Origin: Candidatus Zixiibacteriota bacterium | Lineage (GTDB): Bacteria > Desulfobacterota > Binatia > UBA9968 | Direction of reading: 5' to 3' | DNA length: 64,000 nucleotides | Assembly (NCBI GenBank): GCA_035574315.1 | Contig: DATLYW010000031.1 | Coordinates: 68,574-132,573, forward strand | Shown here: one piece after another, positions 11,812-19,172 of the stretch | How positions within the stretch are numbered: position 1 is the stretch's first letter | Layout of the letters: each line of letters opens with the position of its first letter | Notes under the pieces: generated by a model | Told to the model about the DNA's origin: nothing | The model's input: only the letters and a program-made list of their open reading frames with translations | Databases searched by the model: none | Position numbers and translations under genes: made by a program

Positions 11812-11825
11812 TTGACTCGGATCAA
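11812..11825. promoter_or_regulatory. Second FNR/CRP-type palindrome TTGAC-TCGG-ATCAA, 22 bp centre-to-centre from the first
   Basis: Read directly. Two helical turns from the first box. Confidence 0.55.
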
Positions 11826-11955
11826 TGCAGGAGTTTGGAGACAGTTGTATGGTGGAAGAAAAACAACTCCCTCGATTTCGCCAACGAGGGCTCAGCAAGT
11901 CAGGAATTCGGCCTCGACGAAGCTTGGCTGACGCATAACCGGCTTCACCGCTCAA

Positions 11956-12960
11956 ATGGCACCGACTCACCCCGTTTCGATCATCGGCGAGCATCCGCTC
12001 ATGGTAAAGATCAAGGCTCTGGTCGACCGAGTTGCGGCTACGGACGCAACAGTGCTCGTAACCGGAGAAAGCGGGACCGGGAAAGAGATCGTCGCCCGCG
12101 CGCTCCATGCCTCCAGCGCCCGCAATCACGGGCCGTTCGTTCCCGTAAACTGTGCCGCGATCCCGCACGACCTGCTCGAAAGCGAGCTGTTCGGCCACGT
12201 GCGCGGCGCGTTCACCGGCGCGCTCGGCGCCCGCGCCGGCATGTTCCAGCTGGCCGACGGCGGCACGCTTTTCCTCGACGAGGTCGGGGAAATGCCGCTC
12301 GCGCTTCAGGCCAAGCTCCTCCGGGTTCTCCAGGAGCGTGAGGTCCGCCCGATCGGCGCCGACCAGAGCGTCCCGGTCGACGTCCGCGTGATCGCGGCGA
12401 CGAACAAGGACCTGGTGCGCGAAGTCGAAAAAGGGACCTTCCGCGAGGATCTCTTTTACCGCCTCCAGGTGATTCCGATTCACCTGCCGCCGCTGCGGGC
12501 CCGCCGCTCGGACATTCCGCTGATGATCGATTTCTTCCTCGAGCGGGCGAACCGCCGGCACAACAGCTCGGTTCGCATTGCGCCCGAGGTGGGCATTCAT
12601 CTATGGGAGTACGACTGGCCGGGAAACGTGCGCGAGCTGGAAAACGTGATCGAGCGGATGGTGCTCCTGTGCGAGGGGGGGCGGATCGAGATGCAGGACC
12701 TTCCTCCCAACATTTACAACTTCGTCTCCGACAAGAAGATTCCGCAGCCGACCCTCAACGGCAAAGAGCTGGACCTGCGGACCGCGCTCAAGCAGTTCGA
12801 GTACCGGCTCATCGACGAAGCCCTGCGCCTCACCGACGGGAACAAAGCCATGGCCGCGCGCATGCTCAAGGTCAAGCGAACCACGCTGCTCGCCAAACTG
12901 CGAAACCGAGACTTGAGGAGGGACGAGGTTGAGAACAAGCGACTTCCCCTTGCCAGCTAG
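11956..12960 (+). CDS. Sigma-54 enhancer-binding protein, AAA+ plus HTH only (no receiver or sensor)
   Basis: Starts directly in the AAA+ domain. Walker [15 protein letters not shown], arginine finger region, C-terminal HTH ([10 protein letters not shown]). Confidence 0.85.
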   Translation: MAPTHPVSIIGEHPLMVKIKALVDRVAATDATVLVTGESGTGKEIVARALHASSARNHGPFVPVNCAAIPHDLLESELFGHVRGAFTGALGARAGMFQLADGGTLFLDEVGEMPLALQAKLLRVLQEREVRPIGADQSVPVDVRVIAATNKDLVREVEKGTFREDLFYRLQVIPIHLPPLRARRSDIPLMIDFFLERANRRHNSSVRIAPEVGIHLWEYDWPGNVRELENVIERMVLLCEGGRIEMQDLPPNIYNFVSDKKIPQPTLNGKELDLRTALKQFEYRLIDEALRLTDGNKAMAARMLKVKRTTLLAKLRNRDLRRDEVENKRLPLAS

Positions 12961-13399
12961 CCGGTCCTCCGGGTCGAGGATCCTGGTGGTCGACGACAAC
13001 AAGGACCTGGTGGAGTTTCTCCGTCGCCTGCTCTCACACCACGGATTCGACGTGCGCTGCGCGTTCAGCGGCGCCGAATGCCTGGAAGCCGTACGGCGCG
13101 AGCCCGTCGACCTGATCGTTCTCGACGTGATGATGCCGAAGACCGACGGCCTCCAGGTGTGTGCCGAGCTCAAGCGCACCGCGCCTTCGATTCCCGTGAT
13201 GCTCCTTACCGCGAGGGACGACCTTGCCACCCGAGCCGCCGCCATGTCGCTCGGAGCGAGCGAGTTCGTCGCCAAGCCGATCAACGTTGCGGATTTCCTC
13301 GCGCGCGTGGGAACCCAACTGGAGATGCGCGGCTGGCAGAAGACCATCGACGCCGCTTTTGCCAGAACGAAAGGAGACGACACGCCCGCGGGGAAATGA
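12929..13399 (+). CDS. Stand-alone CheY-like receiver domain protein (TTG start inferred; alternative GTG at 12986)
   Basis: ILVVDDN...LIVLDVMMP...LLTARDD...FVAKP: all phospho-acceptor pocket residues present. Overlaps the stop of the upstream activator gene by ~30 nt. GGAGG lies 8 nt upstream of the TTG. Confidence 0.7.
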   Translation: MRTSDFPLPASRSSGSRILVVDDNKDLVEFLRRLLSHHGFDVRCAFSGAECLEAVRREPVDLIVLDVMMPKTDGLQVCAELKRTAPSIPVMLLTARDDLATRAAAMSLGASEFVAKPINVADFLARVGTQLEMRGWQKTIDAAFARTKGDDTPAGK

Positions 13400-13571
13400 A
13401 GCCACGCCCGAGCCGGAAGGCCGCCTCGTCCCCGCAAGCGCTCGGCGGAGCCCCAAAAGACCCTTTTCCTCGTCTGCCTGTGCCGTCCCCGGATGGCAAA
13501 AAACGGCGCGAGGGTTTGCCCGCGGGCGGGCGAGCTTCGCGTTAAAATTCCCTGCTTATCACCGGTTTTCT

Positions 13572-13588
13572 TTGGCACCATCTTTGCT
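13572..13588 (+). promoter_or_regulatory. Sigma-54 (-24/-12) promoter TTGGCAC-CATCT-TTGCT
   Basis: Exact TGGCAC-N5-TTGC with GG-N10-GC spacing. Lies 75 bp upstream of the 67-aa ORF and 170 bp downstream of the activator/REC pair. Confidence 0.6.
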
Positions 13589-13664
13589 GCCTTCATAGGC
13601 TTAGCACTAATGAGATGCGTGCCGCGGGAATTGTCCGAGTACCGTTTGGCAGGCAGAGAAAAAA

Positions 13665-13868
13665 ATGAACCCGCAGAAAATCAGGCTCCTCGAAGAGCAA
13701 TACCGGCGGGCTGCCAGGGAGCTTTACGAGCACGAGGGAATGCTCGAGATCGACGACCAGGCCGCGGTCACGCTGCCCGACGGCGAGGGCAGCTACGGCG
13801 CTTACGTGCAGGCCTGGGTATGGGTCGGCAGCGAGGAGGCAAAGCGGCACCGCCCGACGGGTTCGTAG
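13665..13868 (+). CDS. Small hypothetical protein (67 aa), likely sigma-54 dependent
   Basis: High GC3 codon usage typical of the window; ATG preceded by AGAGAAAAAA; no recognisable domain. Confidence 0.45.
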   Translation: MNPQKIRLLEEQYRRAARELYEHEGMLEIDDQAAVTLPDGEGSYGAYVQAWVWVGSEEAKRHRPTGS

Positions 13869-13960
13869 CCTTCTCCCTCAAATTACTGGCCGGTTCGTCG
13901 TTTTCCCGCTTTTCCCTCCCTGCTTTACGGTTTGAAACGTTAGTCGACCGCGGTCGAAAC

Positions 13961-14485
13961 TCAGATTTCGGCCCGGCGGCTGTGCATGGCGAGCGCCATG
14001 TCGTGGACCACCGAGACGTCGAATGAGTCCGTGGTGGTGGCTGAATTGGTACGGTAGCGAACGGAGATCGTGGGCCCCAGCCACGAGATCGTGAAGCTTC
14101 GAGCCTGCTTTTCCTCCAGATAACTCCCGAGCGCGCGAAGCATTTGCGAGACGGCGCCCTGGGCGGCGTGCGGAGTGCCGCGTCGCGAACGCCCCTCGGA
14201 ATCGAGCCGTTCGATATCCGTGGGGGTGTAGCGCAGCTCTTGCATGGACCGGGGCAACCCGTGCTCGAGAACCGGCGCAGGCGTTTCGCCCCAAATTTCC
14301 TCGACGAGCCTCGCGAGGAATTCTTTCGACGGCGACCTCTCCGATCCCGGATCGCGAGGCTGATAACGCACGACGTACTCGTTGCCGCGCTGCTTGAGCT
14401 CGAAGCTCTCGGTGCCGCTCAACGCCTCCAGGGCCTGACCCAGGGCTCTGAGCGCTCTGGAATGTTTAAGATTCGACGCAGCCAT
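13961..14485 (-). CDS. Hypothetical protein (174 aa) with internal tandem duplication
   Basis: Good codon usage. Two repeats of helix LRALG..LE followed by SF....G...V.RY (residues ~10-50 and ~110-150). No known domain recognised. Confidence 0.5.
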   Translation of the reverse strand: MAASNLKHSRALRALGQALEALSGTESFELKQRGNEYVVRYQPRDPGSERSPSKEFLARLVEEIWGETPAPVLEHGLPRSMQELRYTPTDIERLDSEGRSRRGTPHAAQGAVSQMLRALGSYLEEKQARSFTISWLGPTISVRYRTNSATTTDSFDVSVVHDMALAMHSRRAEI

Positions 14486-14681
14486 CCCGATTCCGGCCGG
14501 ACGTCGCTCTGCCGTCCGCAGACGGGGTCGATTCTCCCACCATGGCGGGCGAGATACAAGGCTTCGACGGAAGAATTCAGAGACCGGGGGGAAGAGTAGG
14601 TGAAGGCTAAGGGCGAGCGGTACCGGTCCCGGCAGGGTCTTGCTTTCTTCCCCGTTTTGGGATTGAAAGGGTCGGTTTCTT

Positions 14682-15404
14682 ATGTATCGGGCCTTTTATC
14701 CGTATGTGGTTTTCTGGGGACTGGGGCTTGCGGCGACCGCCGTGGAGTGGCGCTTCCGAGCCCGCTCCGTCCCCTACCGTCGAGTGATCCTCCCGGACCT
14801 CGCGGCGCTTGTGCTCTACGACGTCTTCTTCATGCTCGCCGTCCTGCTGACCGACCGGATCCCGGTCCCTCACGCGCCCGCAACCGTGAGCGCGGTGCCA
14901 CTGCCGTACAGGCTGGCTGTCTTCCTGATCGTCGAGGATTTCGGCCTCTATTGGGTGCACCGGCTGATGCACACGAAATACTTCTGGCGCACCCACATGT
15001 GGCACCACTCTCCGAACTACATGTACTGGCTTGCCGGCATCCGCGCGACTATTCCGCACGTAATCCTCTTCAATCTGGCGTTCGTCGCCTCGCGGCCGAT
15101 CCTTCACGGGGCCCCCTTCTGGGTCTTTCAGCTCATCATGGCCGAGCACGTCTTTCGCAACGACTGGATGCACATGAACGTGAGCTGGAGCTCGAGATGG
15201 CTCGAGTGGGTGGTCGTGACGCCCCGTTATCATCACATCCACCACAGCGACGACCCGCAGCACTACCGTTCCAACCTGGGCTCGCTGCTGACGGTCTGGG
15301 ACCGTTTGTTCGGGACGTACTACGACCCCGAGCGCGCCACCAAGGAGCTGACGTTCGGAATCGGGACGCGGGTTAACCCGCTCAGGTTGGTGCTGGGGGT
15401 GTGA
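14682..15404 (+). CDS. Fatty acid hydroxylase / sterol desaturase superfamily membrane protein
   Basis: Histidine boxes HRLMH, HMWHH and HHIHH, with multiple TM segments. Confidence 0.8.
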   Translation: MYRAFYPYVVFWGLGLAATAVEWRFRARSVPYRRVILPDLAALVLYDVFFMLAVLLTDRIPVPHAPATVSAVPLPYRLAVFLIVEDFGLYWVHRLMHTKYFWRTHMWHHSPNYMYWLAGIRATIPHVILFNLAFVASRPILHGAPFWVFQLIMAEHVFRNDWMHMNVSWSSRWLEWVVVTPRYHHIHHSDDPQHYRSNLGSLLTVWDRLFGTYYDPERATKELTFGIGTRVNPLRLVLGV

Positions 15405-15512
15405 GGGGAAGGGCTTCCGCCGCAAATTTGACAAACCGTCCGGCGAATTGATAACTGGAGGACGAGATTTGACCGGGCCTTTGGACGCTAACCAATCACT
15501 ACGGAGGCGCTC

Positions 15513-16475
15513 ATGATCACCGCAAGCGAGCTGAACGGGGTATTGGCGATGATGCCGGCTTTCGCCACACCGGATGCTGTGGACATTCGGGCTACGCAAA
15601 CCATCGCCGTCGACAACCTGAAGGAAGCGGTCGATAAGATCATCAAGGACGGGGTCCACAACATCGCCACCACGGGGACCTACGGCGAGTGCTACAACCT
15701 GCTGTTCGACGAGTTCAGGGTGCTGGCCGCGGCGACGACGGAAGCAGTCAACAAGCGAGTCCCGCTGTTCATCGGCTGCACCAGCCCCAATCCGAGGGAA
15801 GTCGTCCAGAAGATGAACTTCGTCAAGGATCTCGGAGCGGACGGCGTGCTCCTCGGCGTACCTTACTACGAGACGCTGCCGGTGGCGGATGCGATCCGCT
15901 TCTACCACGACATCGCGGACCTCTTCCCCACTCTTGCAATCGTGATCTACCACAACCCCGAGAATCACAAGTTCACCATTCCGGTCGCAGCCTTCAAAGA
16001 ACTGGTCAAAAAACCGAACATCGTGGGGATGAAGGACAGCCACCGGACGACGCAGGCTTTCATGAGCCTGCAAAAGATCATCAAGGGGAAGATCAGCGTC
16101 TTCGTGAACCAGACGCAGCTCTATCCTTACTATCAGTTGGGAGCTGCGGGCTGCTGGTCCACCGAGGTGTGGATGGGCCCGTGGCCGGTGCTCTACCTGC
16201 TCGACGTCGTGCGGCGGGGAGACGTTCAGAAGGCGATCGAGGTCATCGACGATCTGATCGGCGACGGGAGCGGCGGCCGGCCGGTCCCGGGAGCCGGAAA
16301 CAAGCGCCCGGCCGAGTTCGCCGATTACTGCAAGGTCGGCCCGACGCGCGTTCCGTTTCTCAATTTTCCGGAAGCGGAGCTGGCCAAGGCGAAACGGCGG
16401 GCCGAGCACTGGATGAGGCTCAATGCCAAGTACCGGCCGCTCGTGGAGGCGGCGCGCGCCCGAACCGCCGCCTGA
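15513..16475 (+). CDS. Dihydrodipicolinate synthase / N-acetylneuraminate lyase family (DapA-like) class I aldolase
   Basis: TIM-barrel DHDPS-family features (GTTGE, MKDS, conserved Lys region); GGAGG SD. Confidence 0.7.
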   Translation: MITASELNGVLAMMPAFATPDAVDIRATQTIAVDNLKEAVDKIIKDGVHNIATTGTYGECYNLLFDEFRVLAAATTEAVNKRVPLFIGCTSPNPREVVQKMNFVKDLGADGVLLGVPYYETLPVADAIRFYHDIADLFPTLAIVIYHNPENHKFTIPVAAFKELVKKPNIVGMKDSHRTTQAFMSLQKIIKGKISVFVNQTQLYPYYQLGAAGCWSTEVWMGPWPVLYLLDVVRRGDVQKAIEVIDDLIGDGSGGRPVPGAGNKRPAEFADYCKVGPTRVPFLNFPEAELAKAKRRAEHWMRLNAKYRPLVEAARARTAA

Positions 16476-16633
16476 AGCTCGGCTGCGTTTGGAGGAGGCG
16501 GGCACGGCCCGCTGCCCGGCCGCCGTCAAGAAACGCGGCGGGAAGCTCAACGCCCTTTTTGGAGGTTACGGGAAATCTTCTCCCGCGCTCTGGGTCGCGC
16601 GCGTGTTTTCGCCGTTCTCCAGAGAAACGGCGC

Positions 16634-16662
16634 TTGCCAAAAAAGAGCGTGCGCTCTATTAT
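16634..16662 (+). promoter_or_regulatory. Sigma-70-like promoter TTGCCA-N17-TATTAT, with overlapping 8-bp inverted repeat GTGCGCTC/GAGCGCAC (16649-16656 / 16671-16678)
   Basis: Read directly. The -10 ends 18 nt before the HEPN ATG; GGAG SD follows. Confidence 0.45.
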
Positions 16663-16679
16663 CACCGACGGAGCGCACC

Positions 16680-17072
16680 ATGGGATTCTATGCTGACGTC
16701 TGGCTGCGCCAGGCCCGTGACGGCGTGGCGGCGGAGCAATCCGACTTCGAGAAAATCGCCGAGGCGGTCGAAAAAGCGATCAAGGCGGCGCTGTTGGAAA
16801 ACCACGGAAGCATCCCGAAGAAACACGACCACGACAAGCTGGTGACGCTCTGCCAGTCGACCGGCGTGTGGGACGTCTTACCGCCGGCGCTCAAGAACCT
16901 TGTCCAGGAGGTCGAATCGTACAAGCTCTCGGCGCAGCAAGGATCGACCGCACCCGTTTCCGCCCCGCAGGACCTCGCCAGGTATTTCTCGATCGCCCGC
17001 CGGCTGATCGACTACATGGAATACCACGTCATCGGCAACGACTCGGTTCTGAAAAGGCTTACGGTCGGCTGA
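16680..17072 (+). CDS. HEPN domain protein (solitary)
   Basis: All-alpha ~130 aa. N-terminal AxxxFxKIAEAVEKAIKAAL and KHDHDKL region, plus C-terminal R-x(6)-H (RRLIDYMEYH), typical of HEPN. Confidence 0.55.
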   Translation: MGFYADVWLRQARDGVAAEQSDFEKIAEAVEKAIKAALLENHGSIPKKHDHDKLVTLCQSTGVWDVLPPALKNLVQEVESYKLSAQQGSTAPVSAPQDLARYFSIARRLIDYMEYHVIGNDSVLKRLTVG

Positions 17073-17247
17073 AGCCGATGACCTATCGCATCTCGTTGCT
17101 CGAATCGGGTCGTCGGGCCGAGAAAGCGACAGGGCGGCCCGATGGAAACTCTTTCAGAGGTGCCAACCCATCGTCTTCGCTGCCGACGGCTGCCCCTAGC
17201 CTGGTCGGCTCACCTCGAAACCCGGCTTGAACGGTTTGAACCGTCAG

Positions 17248-18111
17248 TCAGTTGACCGGCAGAAGCGACTCGACCGTGGCGATCTCGAGGGCGTCGTGGT
17301 TGCCGCTTTTCATCCGGGTCATGCGACTTTCCGCCTCGTTCATCAGCTCTGCCACGCTCCGCGGAGCCTTGGCACAGGCGATGGCGCTGATGAAAAAAGT
17401 GACGGGCTGAGCGTATCGGCGCCGCTCTTCCCGCAGAGCGCCCTGCATCTTTTCGAGAACGAAGCGAGCCCCTTCCGGTTCGGTGTTCGGCAGCAGCACC
17501 GCGAACGCCGTGCCCCCGATTCGCCCCACCAGGTCGGCCCGCGGAGCGTTCTTTCGTATCGTGTGGGCGATCGCGCAGAGCATCTGATCGCCGGTGACGT
17601 AGCCGAAACGGTGATTGATCCATTTGAAGCCTTCCACGTCGATGTAGGCGAGCGCGATGGGCTCGAGCCCGAACGCCCGGTCCATTTCGCGCGCCGCAAG
17701 CTCGTAAAAGGCGCGGCCGTTCGGCAACCCCGTGAGAAAATCGCGACTGGCGAGCTCGGAGATCTGGTCAAGCTTGGACCTGAGCTGCGACAGAGCGACC
17801 GCGACGGTCAGCAGAATCCCGGCGCGCATCAGAAAATTCCAAATCTCGATCAAGGAGGAAGAGTAGGAACGCTCCCCGACCTTGCCGACCACGGTCCAGA
17901 CGACGGCGCAGGCCAGCGCCATGCCGATTGCCGCCCGGCTCTCCACGAACCAGCTCACCAGCGCGATCGGGAGGAGATAAAAAAAATGGATGTGCGGCTC
18001 CCGGCCGGTCATGAAATCGAGCGCCCCCACCGTGGCCATCAGAAGGATTCCAAGCGCGAGGTTCGTGGCCTTGGTTCGACGCTCCAGAAATCTGAGAACT
18101 GTTTCCATCAT
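17248..18111 (-). CDS. Membrane-anchored GGDEF-domain protein with degenerate active site (GGTAF)
   Basis: 4-5 N-terminal TM helices. DFLTGLPNGRAF and DVEGFKWINHRFGYVTGDQ motifs present, but RIGGTAF replaces RxGG(D/E)EF. Confidence 0.8.
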   Translation of the reverse strand: MMETVLRFLERRTKATNLALGILLMATVGALDFMTGREPHIHFFYLLPIALVSWFVESRAAIGMALACAVVWTVVGKVGERSYSSSLIEIWNFLMRAGILLTVAVALSQLRSKLDQISELASRDFLTGLPNGRAFYELAAREMDRAFGLEPIALAYIDVEGFKWINHRFGYVTGDQMLCAIAHTIRKNAPRADLVGRIGGTAFAVLLPNTEPEGARFVLEKMQGALREERRRYAQPVTFFISAIACAKAPRSVAELMNEAESRMTRMKSGNHDALEIATVESLLPVN

Positions 18112-18595
18112 CGCCTTGCCGCACCGCGCCGAGCTTTGCGCGTTTCATCCCGGGACCCGGGGGAGCGATGCCTGGCCGACCTGCCCCGATCCGGCCGCAC
18201 AAGCCGGGATGCCGAAGCTTACGGCTGCTTTCCTCGCGTTTTCGGCTGAAGCTAAACTTTTGTCGGGGAAGTTTCAACCGCGCCAGGCCGGCGGAGCACC
18301 CGAGCCAGGGGCGAAAAAAAACGAGTGAGGACACCTGCGAGCACGGCGACGGCACACACGAAGCTCACCCCGCCGATCCACGGCACGAGCCGCGGAGCCC
18401 GACAGGCTCGAGGCGGGACATCGGGTTTGAGAATCTTTCGGTAAGAAGAACGTTGCTTCACAGTTGGGACGGTTGCAGTTCTCGTGCCAGCCACAGCAGA
18501 AAACGAAATGGGCTGAATTGACGCAATCTCGACGGTGCTGCCGGACCGCGCTCAAGCTACGGCCGCGACATCCGTGTCAAATCGACGCGCCCGGT

Positions 18596-18616
18596 GACAA
18601 ACGAAAGCGAGCAGCG
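18596..18616 (-). terminator. Candidate hairpin terminator (AGCGAG-CAGCGGT-CTCGCT) just after the SH3 gene stop
   Basis: 6-bp GC stem read directly. Weak U-tract, so low confidence. Confidence 0.25.
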
Positions 18617-18623
18617 GTCTCGC

Positions 18624-19058
18624 TCACGGCTTCTTCTGCCCTTCCTCGCGCACGTCCCCAGACTTGATCCAGCCTACCGTGCCCCGAGCGGTCCGCACCA
18701 TGTACCAGTCGGCCCTGTTGCCGACGCTCTGAACAAGCGGCGTCAATGTTTCGCCCCGTGCCAGATGCTCCAAGGTCTGGCCTTCGTCGTCCTGCCGCGC
18801 GTAAAGCGAAGCGTGCTCGGAGGAGACTACCAGCTTCGCCGCCACCGCACGGCTGTCGGGCCCGCCAACGAACCCTTGCTTCATTCCTTTTCCCCCGGAG
18901 CCGGAACGGGATGCCTTCGGCGCTGACGGGCTCTGCCTTTGAGTCACCCCCCCGACGGCTCTTCCGTACTCGCCGAAAGCCTGGCCTCGGGCCGGCCTGG
19001 GAGCAAAAACCGCCAGAGCGCTAGCGGTTGCGAACAGGAGCGTCAGTGTCAGCTTCAT
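18624..19058 (-). CDS. Secreted SH3b-domain protein
   Basis: Signal peptide MKLTLTLLFATASALAVFA; C-terminal ADWYMVRTARGTVGWIKSGDV is typical of bacterial SH3_3. ATG at 19058 with GGAGG SD. Confidence 0.65.
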   Translation of the reverse strand: MKLTLTLLFATASALAVFAPRPARGQAFGEYGRAVGGVTQRQSPSAPKASRSGSGGKGMKQGFVGGPDSRAVAAKLVVSSEHASLYARQDDEGQTLEHLARGETLTPLVQSVGNRADWYMVRTARGTVGWIKSGDVREEGQKKP

Positions 19059-19172
19059 GCGACCGCCTCCATCGATGTCATTGTAGTGCCCTGGGGCAAA
19101 TCCAACAACAAGAATTCCGGGCAACGAAGCTGCGGGCCCGGGCGCCTCCGGGGAGGCGTTGTCCGCCGGGCT

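Noticed and set aside
11800-12600. 266-aa minus-strand ORF opposite the AAA+/HTH activator gene
   Set aside because: Antisense shadow of the plus-strand activator, which has Walker A, GAFTGA and HTH motifs in frame.
17343-17360. RxxD inhibitory (I-) site in the degenerate GGDEF protein
   Set aside because: The sequence is P-R-A-D, i.e. Arg and Asp are one residue closer together than the canonical R-x-x-D positioned 5 residues before GG; not claimed as an intact I-site.
18252-18494. 80-aa minus-strand ORF with one hydrophobic segment in the long GGDEF upstream region
   Set aside because: Third-position GC is clearly lower than in neighbouring genes and no SD was found; probably non-coding.
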